64,000 nt of DNA from a virus (IMGVR_UViG_3300020050_009836:1-64000), one strand, 5' to 3'; numbered from the stretch's first letter, positions 55,977 to 63,632 are shown. A program made the numbers and translations. The notes: generated from the letters alone by a model not told the origin.

Positions 55977-56232
55977 AGCCAAGCCGTCTGGTTGCAAGTA
56001 CTTGTCAAAGAAAGACCAAGAAGCAATCAGGTTTGCTATGAACTACTTCAGGGAGAACCCAACGGAACTTTCTTGTACGTTGTACGAAGTGCTGCCTGAT
56101 GGAACTGAACAGATAGTTGGAAATATCCCAAATCCTAAGTTTGAGAAATTAGAAGAGAACGTTATGCGGCTCATGTCCATATACACGCACTTTAAGAAAA
56201 AGGGTGAACCAACACCAGAAGTGTGGCAATAA
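55966..56232 (+). CDS. hypothetical protein
   Basis: Start moved to MEFRA. Confidence 0.6.
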   Translation: MEFRAKPSGCKYLSKKDQEAIRFAMNYFRENPTELSCTLYEVLPDGTEQIVGNIPNPKFEKLEENVMRLMSIYTHFKKKGEPTPEVWQ

Positions 56233-56233
56233 A

Positions 56234-56464
56234 ATGACACTACATGAAATAACTCCATCTGTGACAAAAGGTTTGCCATTCCGGCGCACTGTTTGGGCTG
56301 AAGGAATCTACTACTACTACGACATCAATGAGTCGTGGTTCTTAAAGCAAAGGCTTGTTGATGGGGACGAATATGAACTCATCACGTATACACTTGACCT
56401 TACACTTGAAGACTTGATGGCTACTGACTGGGATGTTGATGACTGGGGCGATGAAAATGAATAG
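56234..56464 (+). CDS. DUF2829/Tad2-like protein
   Basis: MTLHEI...KGLPFRRTVW...LTLEDLMATDWDV. Confidence 0.75.
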   Translation: MTLHEITPSVTKGLPFRRTVWAEGIYYYYDINESWFLKQRLVDGDEYELITYTLDLTLEDLMATDWDVDDWGDENE

Positions 56465-56669
56465 TTTTGAAGCGATGGAAGCACTTCGTGAAGGACGCAA
56501 AGTCAGATTTATTTGGTGGCCTGACGAGAACTACATCATTAGGGTAAACGACGATATCAAGGGTTTTCCGGATACCTTTGATACATACATCCAAGAGAAT
56601 CCTTGGCGAGTCATATGGCTAGTCTTTGATACTGCTCACGACTCTAGCCTTTGGCAAGAAAAAGATTAA
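56457..56669 (+). CDS. DUF2829/Tad2-like protein
   Basis: MNSFEAMEALREGRKVRFIWW...DSSLWQE. Confidence 0.65.
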   Translation: MNSFEAMEALREGRKVRFIWWPDENYIIRVNDDIKGFPDTFDTYIQENPWRVIWLVFDTAHDSSLWQEKD

Positions 56670-56951
56670 ATGAAACTAATACTTACACACCGTGTATACA
56701 CTCACGACGACGGAACAATCACAGACAGATACGACGCTGTTGGTGACAGTAAAGATGCCGAGTTGGTCATCCATGGGTTCAAAATAGACTATGATGTGTG
56801 GCGTCCACTAGACTCTGAACTAGAGTTTTTTATCCGCCAGATTGTTACTGACCCAGAAAGACCAAATCGCACAATCGTTGATGAAACGGGTAAGTGCGCC
56901 ACAGTCAATGTACACAAAAAAGTCAAGTCAGTAACCATCGAGTGGGAGTAG
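56670..56951 (+). CDS. hypothetical protein (93 aa)
   Basis: Abuts previous stop. Confidence 0.65.
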   Translation: MKLILTHRVYTHDDGTITDRYDAVGDSKDAELVIHGFKIDYDVWRPLDSELEFFIRQIVTDPERPNRTIVDETGKCATVNVHKKVKSVTIEWE

Positions 56952-57211
56952 ATATTTATCCACTGAGTGGATAGAATCTATCCATAGAACCTATCAAGCC
57001 TCTACATATGCTCAAACCGATAGGTCCCTATGCCCGTATCTTATCTCCCAACCTACAAACCCGAATGGCTTGCTGTTCGGGTATTTTTTTCGTGGTAGTA
57101 TCAGGTTGCCACCGAAAGGTGAGCTTTGAAAGGCTAGAAAACTCCTCTTCTTGCCCGACAAATTCGGACTCTGCAAAACCGAAAGACCAGTTTCACAGAC
57201 TGGTCTTTTTT
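56943..57211. ncRNA. candidate structured RNA/attenuator region
   Basis: Several nested hairpins, a GAAA tetraloop hairpin and two terminator-like elements in a gene-free 290 bp. Confidence 0.3.
57182..57211 (+). terminator. intrinsic terminator
   Basis: AAAGACCAGT-TTCACAG-ACTGGTCTTTTTT. Confidence 0.8.
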
Positions 57212-57248
57212 GTTTGTATACCTATGATGAAAATATACTTTTATATCG

Positions 57249-57278
57249 TTGACAACGGAAAACCAATGGATGTATAAT
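57249..57278 (+). promoter_or_regulatory. sigma70-like promoter
   Basis: TTGACA-18-TATAAT. Confidence 0.75.
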
Positions 57279-57321
57279 TGTTATGTAAGGGAGATATCCA
57301 AGGACATCTTTAAGGGACTAC

Positions 57322-57561
57322 ATGATAGATATTGCATTCGACCCTATATGGGCACTAAAGCACGGATACACGATTGTTAGCGAGTATGAAAACGGTGCGA
57401 TAAACGAGTACAAGATTATTGAAGGGCAACTTATGTCCAAGTCTTCGTTTTTGTTATTTGATGGAGACCGCACTGGTGACGATTACTTTCGTCCATGCCT
57501 TCATCTCAAGCTTGGTGTAAACGCTAAGTATTCACTCGTACCAGCAGAGGCAGCATTTTGA
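57322..57561 (+). CDS. hypothetical protein, weak DUF2829-like N-terminus
   Basis: AAGGGA RBS; FDPIWALKHGYTIV. Confidence 0.55.
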   Translation: MIDIAFDPIWALKHGYTIVSEYENGAINEYKIIEGQLMSKSSFLLFDGDRTGDDYFRPCLHLKLGVNAKYSLVPAEAAF

Positions 57562-57779
57562 CGATAGACGCAGCAATCAAAAGCATACTTGAAGGTAACA
57601 AGGTCGCAAACGAAGCCGACTTGACTTTCAAGGAAGTCTACTTCGATAAAGAGTCAAGATACTTCATCTACTCTATCCAAGGAGTCGAGTCCATGAGGGA
57701 TAGGAATTTAGTACTGACGGTATCTGATTTGAAAAGCAAAGAGTGGAAAACTGTTGACATTCGGACAAGCACTACATAG
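57558..57779 (+). CDS. DUF2829/Tad2-like protein
   Basis: MTIDAAIKSILEGNKV...SDLKSKEWKTV. Confidence 0.65.
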   Translation: MTIDAAIKSILEGNKVANEADLTFKEVYFDKESRYFIYSIQGVESMRDRNLVLTVSDLKSKEWKTVDIRTSTT

Positions 57780-57969
57780 TTTAAAAAACGGTTTTACTGT
57801 GACTCGCACATACGTTGAGTCCGACGCTGTTGTTGTTGTATTTTGTAAATTGACAAACAACCAAAAACTGGTCAGAAAGAAAGTCACGACTAACTATCAG
57901 TCCGGCTGGAGGCATTCTGGCTGGTCACTGAAAGACTTGTCAGCAACCGACTGGATAGTCGCTGGTTGA
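57754..57969 (+). CDS. DUF2829/Tad2-like protein
   Basis: MTFGQALHSLKNGFTVTR...KDLSATDWIV. Confidence 0.75.
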   Translation: MTFGQALHSLKNGFTVTRTYVESDAVVVVFCKLTNNQKLVRKKVTTNYQSGWRHSGWSLKDLSATDWIVAG

Positions 57970-58148
57970 CGACTGTAGAGGCGTAGGAGTACATCAATGC
58001 TGGCGGTCAAGTAAGACATGCCACGTGGTCAATGGATGTTTACGCATTCATGAAAGATGATGTGCTCTACGTCACTAACGATGTCCACTCATGGAATTGT
58101 CCACCTCTAGAATTCTTCTCTAATAACTGGCAGATATATACAAAGTAA
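57966..58148 (+). pseudogene. DUF2829/Tad2-like gene interrupted by in-frame TAG at codon 7
   Basis: TTG ACG ACT GTA GAG GCG TAG(57984-86) GAG...: MTTVEA*EYINAGGQVRHATW...FFSNNWQI; not in ORF track. Confidence 0.65.
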
Positions 58149-58186
58149 GATACACTTGTCATGAAAAGGGAAAAGGGGGAAGTGGA

Positions 58187-58561
58187 ATGGATTTCATAAC
58201 TATCATCGGTTTGGTGTTTGGGCATTGGTTTGCCGACTTTGTACTACAGTCACGTAAGATAGCAGAGAGTAAGTCGAGTAGCCTACGGTCACTGTTTACA
58301 CATGTAGGCTTGTACACTACTGGTCTTGCTTGTGTGATGGGACCTATTCTCATCATGCATCATAGTTGGAGGTTAGTGTTATCCTTCATCTTACTCAATG
58401 GCTTCTGCCATCTAGTCACTGACTTTGCTACATCTAAGATGTCGGCGCATGCTTGGCAGTCAGAGGATAAGAGCCAGTTCTGGAATATCATCGGCTTTGA
58501 CCAGTCTATCCACTGGAGCCACTTGCTGATTACTTACTTCGGCTTCTTTGTGTGGGGTTAG
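58187..58561 (+). CDS. DUF3307-like membrane protein
   Basis: HWFADFVLQ, HVGLY, HLVTDF, IGFDQSIH. Confidence 0.8.
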   Translation: MDFITIIGLVFGHWFADFVLQSRKIAESKSSSLRSLFTHVGLYTTGLACVMGPILIMHHSWRLVLSFILLNGFCHLVTDFATSKMSAHAWQSEDKSQFWNIIGFDQSIHWSHLLITYFGFFVWG

Positions 58562-58562
58562 T

Positions 58563-59030
58563 ATGTGGCCAAGTAACAGCGGCATAAAGCCAAGACCAAG
58601 TGACGAAGATATCTATAAACAAACAACTAAGCAAGTACTTGATAAGTTGGTGGAACTGCGAGAGAATCGACGTTCATATGAGTGGATAGCATGCTACATG
58701 TTTACCAACAACTACCAGTCGCCATATAAGCGCTGGAACGTGAAGTTAGTCAAGTCACTTCTTTGGTCTCATGGGTTTAAACGGGAAACAATGTACAAGG
58801 CTCCGGACTACCGATACTTACTACTCATTGAATCCTTGAAGGCTGATGGCGTGAGTGTTGACGATATAGCCGAGCATCTAAACAGCCAAGGTAAGAAGAC
58901 AGTAAATGGTAATCCGTTTACTGGAAGCTTGGTAAAGCAGTACGTTAGTCGTTACAACGGACTCAAGGTCAAGTACGGTGACGATGTTGTTAGGTTTACG
59001 AAACCAGTGGAGGAAGACGATGACATTTGA
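58563..59030 (+). CDS. DNA-binding protein with two recombinase-type HTH repeats, no catalytic domain
   Basis: YEWIACYM...KRWN...VK and DDIAEHLNSQGKKT.NG.PF...VK. Confidence 0.55.
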   Translation: MWPSNSGIKPRPSDEDIYKQTTKQVLDKLVELRENRRSYEWIACYMFTNNYQSPYKRWNVKLVKSLLWSHGFKRETMYKAPDYRYLLLIESLKADGVSVDDIAEHLNSQGKKTVNGNPFTGSLVKQYVSRYNGLKVKYGDDVVRFTKPVEEDDDI

Positions 59031-59274
59031 AGAAGCAGTAAAGGCTATGGATAACGGTTCCTTTGTCCGTAGGTCTGGATGGTCAAAGAACATCAAGTTG
59101 TACGCAGCCTATCCGACAGACGAACAAGATAAACGAGAGTTAAACAACAAGCGGCATATCTTTGCACAGATTGACTCATACGAGCCAGAATACGCCATCT
59201 TCCGTATATCGGACATCTATGGTGACGACTGGTATGTCATTGATGAGGACAACATTACAGACAATGAGTTGTAA
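59020..59274 (+). CDS. DUF2829/Tad2-like protein
   Basis: MTFEEAVKAMDNGSFVRRSGWS...SDIYGDDWYVI. Confidence 0.8.
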   Translation: MTFEEAVKAMDNGSFVRRSGWSKNIKLYAAYPTDEQDKRELNNKRHIFAQIDSYEPEYAIFRISDIYGDDWYVIDEDNITDNEL

Positions 59275-59551
59275 GTACAACGACAAACAACTGCGAGCAA
59301 TGAGTCATGTATATAGTGCTCACCTAGTAAAAGGAAACGTCGGTGAAGGTGACTACTATCCATTGATGTATGGAGTGGAAAGCGTAGTCAACTTGGCTAT
59401 GACTGAGAAGGGTGCCGCCTTTACTTACAGTAGGGGTGATTGGCACGTGATTTACATCCGTGACAAGAGGAAGTGGAAGGAAGACGAAGACTTTCTACTT
59501 ACGGCTATCAAGGGTGATGCAGTGTTTTATCAAACGGAGGATGACAAATGA
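59264..59551 (+). CDS. hypothetical protein
   Basis: Start moved to MSCKY; ATGA-coupled downstream. Confidence 0.55.
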   Translation: MSCKYNDKQLRAMSHVYSAHLVKGNVGEGDYYPLMYGVESVVNLAMTEKGAAFTYSRGDWHVIYIRDKRKWKEDEDFLLTAIKGDAVFYQTEDDK

Positions 59552-59751
59552 CATTTGGACAGATTTACGGCGCACTGAAAAAGGGACGATGGGTTGGTCG
59601 CTCTAGCAAAGAGAGTGAACGGTTGTCGATTATGGATGGCAGAATCCTTACATCCGTTTGGGTTGATGAGAAGTTTGTTGTTTATGTCAATAGTGACGTA
59701 ATGCTGACAGCAGATGATTTACTAGCCGAAGACTGGGTTGTCTACAACTAA
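59548..59751 (+). CDS. DUF2829/Tad2-like protein
   Basis: MTFGQIYGALKKGRWVGRSS...TADDLLAEDWVVY. Confidence 0.8.
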   Translation: MTFGQIYGALKKGRWVGRSSKESERLSIMDGRILTSVWVDEKFVVYVNSDVMLTADDLLAEDWVVYN

Positions 59752-59986
59752 AGACCACGGCTTCTGCCGTGACATAACCCTTCTTTGCCGACGTGTAGAT
59801 AAGGGTTATGTTATTGAGTGTGCCTACGTTAGGGCATTAGGTGCAGCAATGGCATCTAGGCATAGGAACGCCGACTTACTCAAGAAGCATCAAAAAGAAT
59901 GCAACAGTAAAGGGCTTAACTGGGAGAAGTACTGGACGGGTGACCCGTACTTTACGAAGAAGGTTAAAGTCAGAGACTACGGCTAG
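59738..59986 (+). CDS. hypothetical protein (82 aa)
   Basis: Overlapping TTG start. Confidence 0.5.
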   Translation: MSTTKDHGFCRDITLLCRRVDKGYVIECAYVRALGAAMASRHRNADLLKKHQKECNSKGLNWEKYWTGDPYFTKKVKVRDYG

Positions 59987-60051
59987 TAGTTTATAATCTT
60001 TACGAAGTAATAGGTCAAGTCACCGGAAGTTTCAGTAGGGGAGAAGAGTGT

Positions 60052-60444
60052 ATGTTTGAAAGCGTAAGTGACCATCCGTCTAACTGGCAGTGTGTAGTTG
60101 ATTACGACCATGTAGTCAACGGTATCAAGGCTGTAGTCGGCGACGTAACTGACATCGGTGTATTTGCTGAGATATATCCGTGCATCTTTGAAATGGCTGA
60201 TAAAGATATCGTGGACGGCTGGTGTGCTATCGACAAGGTAGCCTTTGCCGCCGCCATAGGCTTCTACACGGCTACTGCTGTTCAGTCGCTATACAAGACG
60301 GTATCGCACCGGATGATATCAGCAATAACAGTTGCTCCCGTCATTGACTTGATGCAAGCTGGGCTATTACGGGTAGAGGCTAATGCTATCTATTTACGGC
60401 ATGTAGATGGTATGGAGTTGATACCAGAATCACCTTATGAGTAA
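60052..60444 (+). CDS. hypothetical protein (130 aa)
   Basis: AGGGGAG RBS. Confidence 0.65.
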   Translation: MFESVSDHPSNWQCVVDYDHVVNGIKAVVGDVTDIGVFAEIYPCIFEMADKDIVDGWCAIDKVAFAAAIGFYTATAVQSLYKTVSHRMISAITVAPVIDLMQAGLLRVEANAIYLRHVDGMELIPESPYE

Positions 60445-60862
60445 TGTTGACAAACAACCGGCTAGTGTTGTAAACCGTAAGACCCATGGAAGAATCGAAC
60501 TGCCTAGGCATGATGACTCATTACTACGTGAGTACTGCCGTAAGAAGCGGTTACTAAACGGCTGGACGTACGCTTACGTGGGTAGGCAAGTACTACAGCG
60601 AAACGGTAAGCCGTACTCAAAGATGAACATCTATAACTGGGTTACTGGACGTATACACTTCGGACCAGAGTACTCCTTCAAGATGGCTCAAGCATTTCGT
60701 GTACATCCAGTGTATGCAGCTTTCCTTATGCGTAGGATTCCAGAGTACGAGTTAGTAGATGATTATCCAGATGAGAGTGAGGTCGTTGACTACCTTATGA
60801 GCGGCATGCAACAGTTTGGATTTAAGATAAAAGCGGAAGATAAGAAGTATGAAATTATCTGA
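60437..60862 (+). CDS. XRE-like HTH protein
   Basis: LREYCRKKRLLNGWTYAYV...YSKMNIYNWVTG. Confidence 0.6.
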   Translation: MSNVDKQPASVVNRKTHGRIELPRHDDSLLREYCRKKRLLNGWTYAYVGRQVLQRNGKPYSKMNIYNWVTGRIHFGPEYSFKMAQAFRVHPVYAAFLMRRIPEYELVDDYPDESEVVDYLMSGMQQFGFKIKAEDKKYEII

Positions 60863-61142
60863 CTATGTGAAGAGACGACGTAAAGAACTAGGGCTAACAC
60901 AAAAAGAATTAGCTCGTGCCGCTGGTCAAGACTCTGGCTGGATATGCATGCTTGAGACCGGGTTACGTAACTGTGGTAACCAAACAGCAGAGCCACTAGC
61001 CAAGGCGTTAGGTGTACGAGCAGACGTACTACACTTGCTTAGTGGTCACTCACCAGTACTAGACTTCCGTGATGACATACCCATGGAAGACATAGAGGCT
61101 GCCATCGATGAGTTCAAAGCAAAGGTAGCAAACAACTATTAG
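60849..61142 (+). CDS. XRE/Cro-CI family HTH regulator
   Basis: VKRRRKELGLTQKELA..AG.DSGWICMLETG...LAKALGV. Confidence 0.9.
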   Translation: MKLSDYVKRRRKELGLTQKELARAAGQDSGWICMLETGLRNCGNQTAEPLAKALGVRADVLHLLSGHSPVLDFRDDIPMEDIEAAIDEFKAKVANNY

Positions 61143-61284
61143 CAGGACCAGACTGCCACCGTCATGCTGTTTGCTGGTAATAGCCTAACTCAGCAGTCCT
61201 GTGGTGGTGGGTGAGTAGTTGATTATGCAAAGATATGCTGCATATACAAATCTATATCTAGGGATGAATTAGGGAATGCCTCTG

Positions 61285-61324
61285 TAGGTTCAAATTTGGC
61301 GATTCTAGGCACTTTGTATACGTT
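61285..61324. repeat. 40-bp exact direct repeat, copy 1
   Basis: TAGGTTCAAATTTGGCGATTCTAGGCACTTTGTATACGTT. Confidence 0.9.
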
Positions 61325-61394
61325 GTGGATACTTTATCCAATATGTACCAAATGTAGCGTATTTAGGCAAAATAGATGCCATGTAGACAAAACA

Positions 61395-61420
61395 AAACCG
61401 GATGATTTCTCATCCGGTTT
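61395..61420 (-). terminator. cassette terminator 1
   Basis: AAACCGGATGA-TTTC-TCATCCGGTTT, U-tract on minus strand, 25 nt after ORF stop. Confidence 0.75.
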
Positions 61421-61444
61421 ATTACTACGTGGTGGTGGTAGGTT

Positions 61445-61822
61445 TTATCCTACCGGTACAAATGACCCGTGAAAGTCTAGGAAACTTTCAGTACCGTCAT
61501 CCAACTTGATTTCAAAACACATACTAACAGTGGTAGGTTCACCGGATTTACCAGCGGTTACCGTCATTTCGTGATGTGTGATGCATCCAGAGTATGCACA
61601 GCACATTAACCACGATGCCATGTCAGCGGATTTACCACTAGTGGTAGTAACGTTATCACCATAGATAACAGTGGATGAGTACTCATCCATTTCGACAACG
61701 TCAAAGTACTTGACAACTTCAGTACGATAGAAACGATGTTGGAATTTGCCATCCGTCCAATTGCCATTAGGGCGGATTTGAGTCATTGCGATTGCGTTCT
61801 GGATGAGTTGATTTGCTGTCAT
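61445..61822 (-). CDS. hypothetical cassette protein (125 aa)
   Basis: AAGGGAACC RBS, own promoter and terminator. Confidence 0.75.
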   Translation of the reverse strand: MTANQLIQNAIAMTQIRPNGNWTDGKFQHRFYRTEVVKYFDVVEMDEYSSTVIYGDNVTTTSGKSADMASWLMCCAYSGCITHHEMTVTAGKSGEPTTVSMCFEIKLDDGTESFLDFHGSFVPVG

Positions 61823-61845
61823 GATAGGTTCCCTTCAGAGTCAGT

Positions 61846-61895
61846 GTAGAACGATTTCTACATACCGATGTTACCACTTTGTATACGTACTGCAA
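61846..61895 (-). promoter_or_regulatory. cassette promoter + 5' hairpin
   Basis: TTGCAG-16-TAACAT (TGG)-6 nt-GTAGAA ATCG TTCTAC. Confidence 0.65.
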
Positions 61896-62102
61896 GAAAA
61901 TAAACCGACTATTTTCAAGCCGGTATACAATGTACAAATGTTACTGACAGTCACCATGGTGGTGACGTATAGTCACATAGGATTTTGGCAGGACGGTAGT
62001 TGCATAATCAACTGTTGCTAAATCAACTACTTTTGCAACCTACCTAAATATCCTGTGGTGGCAGCTCGGTGTGACTATTAGTCACATGCCAGTGATAAAG
62101 AA

Positions 62103-62128
62103 AAACCGGTTGGATGTCCAACCGGTTT
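62103..62128 (-). terminator. cassette terminator 2
   Basis: AAACCGGTTGGA-TG-TCCAACCGGTTT. Confidence 0.75.
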
Positions 62129-62145
62129 GGGTACTACGATGTGGA

Positions 62146-62385
62146 TTAGTCGGCGATGTAGTCCGTCTGGTTCCACACCTTCACACGATAGGTTTTATTG
62201 TTGAAGTCGGTCAATTCCCAGACTTCATTGAGTCCCCAGACTCGGATAAGTTTAGCGGAAATAAGGTTTGGATGGATTTCATCCAAAGCGAATTCACGGC
62301 TATAAAAGATTTCTATCCTTGCTTTGTTCAAGGATGCCTCACGGGTGAGGTTTTCGGCGATACTGATTTCCATTTGCTTTGTCAT
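62146..62385 (-). CDS. hypothetical cassette protein (79 aa)
   Basis: AGGGAACC RBS and leader hairpin upstream. Confidence 0.7.
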   Translation of the reverse strand: MTKQMEISIAENLTREASLNKARIEIFYSREFALDEIHPNLISAKLIRVWGLNEVWELTDFNNKTYRVKVWNQTDYIAD

Positions 62386-62426
62386 TGTTTTGGTTCCCTA
62401 TTGTTAGTGCAGAACGATTTCTGCGA

Positions 62427-62564
62427 TTATGCCCCGGTTGCGACCTTCACGATTAACATCATGAGTACAAAGATAATTCCACACATCGTAGCGATGTAGT
62501 GTGGAACCATTTCATTGAGGGTGTCTGCGTCCGGCTTCATGAGTATCTTGATGTGCTTTATCAT
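62427..62564 (-). CDS. small membrane peptide (45 aa), not in ORF track
   Basis: AAGGA RBS; MIKHIKILMKPDADTLNEMVPHYIATMCGIIFVLMMLIVKVATGA. Confidence 0.6.
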   Translation of the reverse strand: MIKHIKILMKPDADTLNEMVPHYIATMCGIIFVLMMLIVKVATGA

Positions 62565-62588
62565 TTTCGTTTTTCCTTTTGATTCAGT

Positions 62589-62638
62589 GCAGAACGATTT
62601 CTACACCGACAAGTTACCACATTGTCAATAGAGTGCAA
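62589..62638 (-). promoter_or_regulatory. cassette promoter + 5' hairpin
   Basis: TTGCAC-16-TAACTT (TGG)-6 nt-GTAGAA ATCG TTCTGC. Confidence 0.65.
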
Positions 62639-62727
62639 GTATTTACCTAAACTATTTTTTCCCTATCCTAAAACAGCAAAACGGCATCTGTTTACCTATA
62701 ACGTATAGCATTTGACAAATGCCCCTA

Positions 62728-62767
62728 TAGGTTCAAATTTGGCGATTCTAGGCACTTTGTATACGTT
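62728..62767. repeat. 40-bp exact direct repeat, copy 2
   Basis: Identical to 61285-61324. Confidence 0.9.
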
Positions 62768-62998
62768 ATGGCATAACTTATCGGTTTGGTGTAAAAACGG
62801 CTCCATTTAGGCGAATTTCAAGCGATAGCAAAAACGGGATGGCAAACGATTGTTCGTATGGTGACTATTCGTCACATGCCGGTTGACAGGAAAGTAGTTG
62901 CGGAATCAATAGTTGATTAATCAACTAATTTTGCAACTACCCAATTATCCTGTGGTGGTGGCTGGTAGTTGATTATGCAACGATGTCATGACAAAGAA

Positions 62999-63024
62999 AA
63001 ACCGGTTGGAAATCCAACCGGTTT
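62999..63024 (-). terminator. cassette terminator 3
   Basis: AAACCGGTTGGA-AA-TCCAACCGGTTT. Confidence 0.75.
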
Positions 63025-63043
63025 GATGCCTACGATGTATACA

Positions 63044-63364
63044 CTAGTGAAGGTGTATATAGGTACCAGTACCTTCACACGTAACACACTCAATACTTTG
63101 TATGCCATACTCAAATGAGTGCATCGTTATGTCGCTAGCGTTCATAATGATGTCAACGGCATTGCCTACTGTTATAGGCGTATATTCGCGATTTCTACCC
63201 GTTGATAGGTCGTAGGATTCACGAAGGTTCATAATCTCACGGATAACGTCACGTCCGGTAACGTCACGACGGGTCACCTCCCATTCAGAGTCAGTATCGG
63301 ATTGCACGATACGTGCACCGACTTCGATTGCCGTCATGAGTGTGTGGATGATGATTTGCTTCAT
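63044..63364 (-). CDS. hypothetical cassette protein with C-terminal CxxCxGxG
   Basis: GGGAACC RBS places start at MKQII; ends CVTCEGTG. Confidence 0.7.
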   Translation of the reverse strand: MKQIIIHTLMTAIEVGARIVQSDTDSEWEVTRRDVTGRDVIREIMNLRESYDLSTGRNREYTPITVGNAVDIIMNASDITMHSFEYGIQSIECVTCEGTGTYIHLH

Positions 63365-63391
63365 TGGTTTGGTTCCCATTTTCGTTACTGT

Positions 63392-63424
63392 GTAAGCACG
63401 ATTGCCTACGGTATTATTTTACCA
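63392..63424 (-). promoter_or_regulatory. cassette promoter + 5' hairpin
   Basis: TGG-TAAAAT-6 nt-GTAGGCA ATCG TGCTTAC; -35 poor. Confidence 0.55.
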
Positions 63425-63632
63425 GATTGTCAACGTATCGCTCATTCTTTTACGTAATATATTGTAAATAGTGCATAACATTTTCACCATGGTGACGTTT
63501 GGTCACATCCGCAGTTCACAGGAAAGTAGTTGCGAAATCAATAGTTGCATAATCAACTACATTTACACCAACGAAAAAGTCCTGCCATGTCGGTTGTTTG
63601 TTTGATTTTGCAACGATGTCATGACATAAGTA

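Larger units (their letters stand above)
61962..63615. repeat. two families of palindromic sites in cassette spacers
   Basis: GTGAC-N5-GTCACAT at 61962, 62071, 62861, 63492; AGTTG-N6-CAACT-like 16-mers at 61998, 62013, 62896, 62911, 62967, 63528, 63543, 63600 (also 61217). Confidence 0.8.

Noticed and set aside
56943-57211. Hammerhead or other known self-cleaving ribozyme
   Set aside because: No CUGANGA core with correctly placed GAAA found by eye; kept only as an unassigned structured candidate.
57984-57986. Genome-wide TAG recoding
   Set aside because: TAG ends many clearly bounded genes (dut 7894, tail chaperone 16168, terL 43570) and long genes are open in the standard code; the amber is a single local event.
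58563-59030. Serine integrase
   Set aside because: Only short DNA-binding repeats; no catalytic resolvase domain or zinc ribbon.
61962-63508. Canonical CRP sites
   Set aside because: Spacer is one base longer than TGTGA-N6-TCACA; reported as a separate motif.
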